The notes beneath the pieces were generated by a model. That model was not told the origin of the DNA, made no database searches, and saw only the letters and a program-made list of their open reading frames with translations. A program made the position numbers and the translations under genes. From positions 21,638,001 to 21,702,000 of the forward strand of contig OX597837.1 in NCBI GenBank assembly GCA_951406725.2: DNA of 64,000 nucleotides. The letters are read 5' to 3'. This DNA is from Octopus vulgaris (lineage: Eukaryota). Positions 63,124 through 64,000 of the stretch are shown here, piece after piece; the stretch's first letter is position 1; each line of letters begins with the position of its first letter.

Positions 63124-63662
63124 GAGTGAGAGAGCAGTGCATGCCATCAAAGTGACATTGGGGTAAAATATACGAAGCCCAGTATACCCATCGTAACTAC
63201 CCGTCTGATAAGGGTACACCAGGCACATGCATCACAACCATGTGTGCACGACATGGTGATCTCATATCAAGATAAACAGCGCTTGACCTTGCAGGTGGGG
63301 CCCAGTTAGGATTTTCTTCCCACACAAAAGGTCCCTGAATAAGGATTGTTTAGGGTCCCTGAATAAGGATTGTTTCCAAAGGTGAATTATCCAAACCTCC
63401 AAGAATTCCTTTCAACACACGGCTATGATGCTCCCCCACTACTTCTGCTCGTGGTCAGAGATGCACATATCATCAGCCACTAAGGGACATGCTCAATTGG
63501 TAATGGTCAAACAACTGACAAGCAAATCTGTGGCATTGAGCAGAATATTTGCTGTAGCCCATCTTTTTTATACCAAGACATAACAATGTACATGATAACA
63601 CTTCCAATCAGTTAAGATCAGAAGCTATGAGAGCCACTGCCTGATATTGCATCAGGACATTT
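63124..63662. other. Unclassified ~540-bp insert bounded by (TTA)n
   Basis: Higher-complexity segment with TTA runs at both ends and an internal ~22-nt duplication (ggtccctgaataaggattgttt). Confidence 0.4.
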
Positions 63663-64000
63663 ATTATTATTTATTATTATTATTATCATCATCATCCTCA
63701 TCAAGTGGCAAGCTGGCAGAATCATTAGCATGCCAGGCAAAATGCTTAACAGCATTTCATCTGTCTTTATGTTCTGAGTTCAAATTCTGCAGGGACCACT
63801 TTGCCTTTCATCCTTTCAAAGTTGATAAAATAAGTACCAGTTGAACACTGGGGTTGATATAATCGACTTAGCTCCTCTCCCAGACTTGCTGGCCATGTGC
63901 CAAAATTTGAAACCATTATTATCATTATTGGCAGACTCAGTAAGGCACCTGAGAAAAATACTTATTCTTAGTGCAAGTTTTGAAGAGTGCAGTTTGATTT

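Noticed and set aside
63430-63482. CTGATGA on the minus strand
   Set aside because: It is followed by GAAG without stems II/III and fits a simple hairpin better.

Overview
Repeat-dense animal genomic DNA, most likely an octopus (inferred from the tRNA-derived SINE families and microsatellite load, not proven). One host gene is recognisable: a minus-strand RERG/RASL11-12-family small GTPase. Four coding exons splice in frame with canonical GT-AG sites: 27374-27318, 9297-9224, 5412-5205 and 2893-2727. The P-loop exon was not found and probably lies beyond the window. The protein has degenerate switch motifs (YDQS for YDPT, DTRSL for DTAGQ) and no CAAX box. The rest is intron or flank filled with four SINE families, mariner/Tc1 relics and MITEs, piggyBac-type MITEs, Helitrons, and RTE, R4/Dong, Tx1 and Penelope fragments. 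The main unexpected signal is about 11 type I hammerhead-ribozyme folds, read by eye, in small Penelope-type inserts that often carry an inverted 5' duplication. They include a canonical core (32336-32430), recurrent U4C and A6U cores, a compensatory G3-C8 swap of the C3-G8 pair (21479-21603), a 352-nt retrozyme-like monomer (14839-15279), and a tRNA-headed SINE with a hammerhead tail (53138-53602). Repeat boundaries are approximate. No database search or RNA folding was run.
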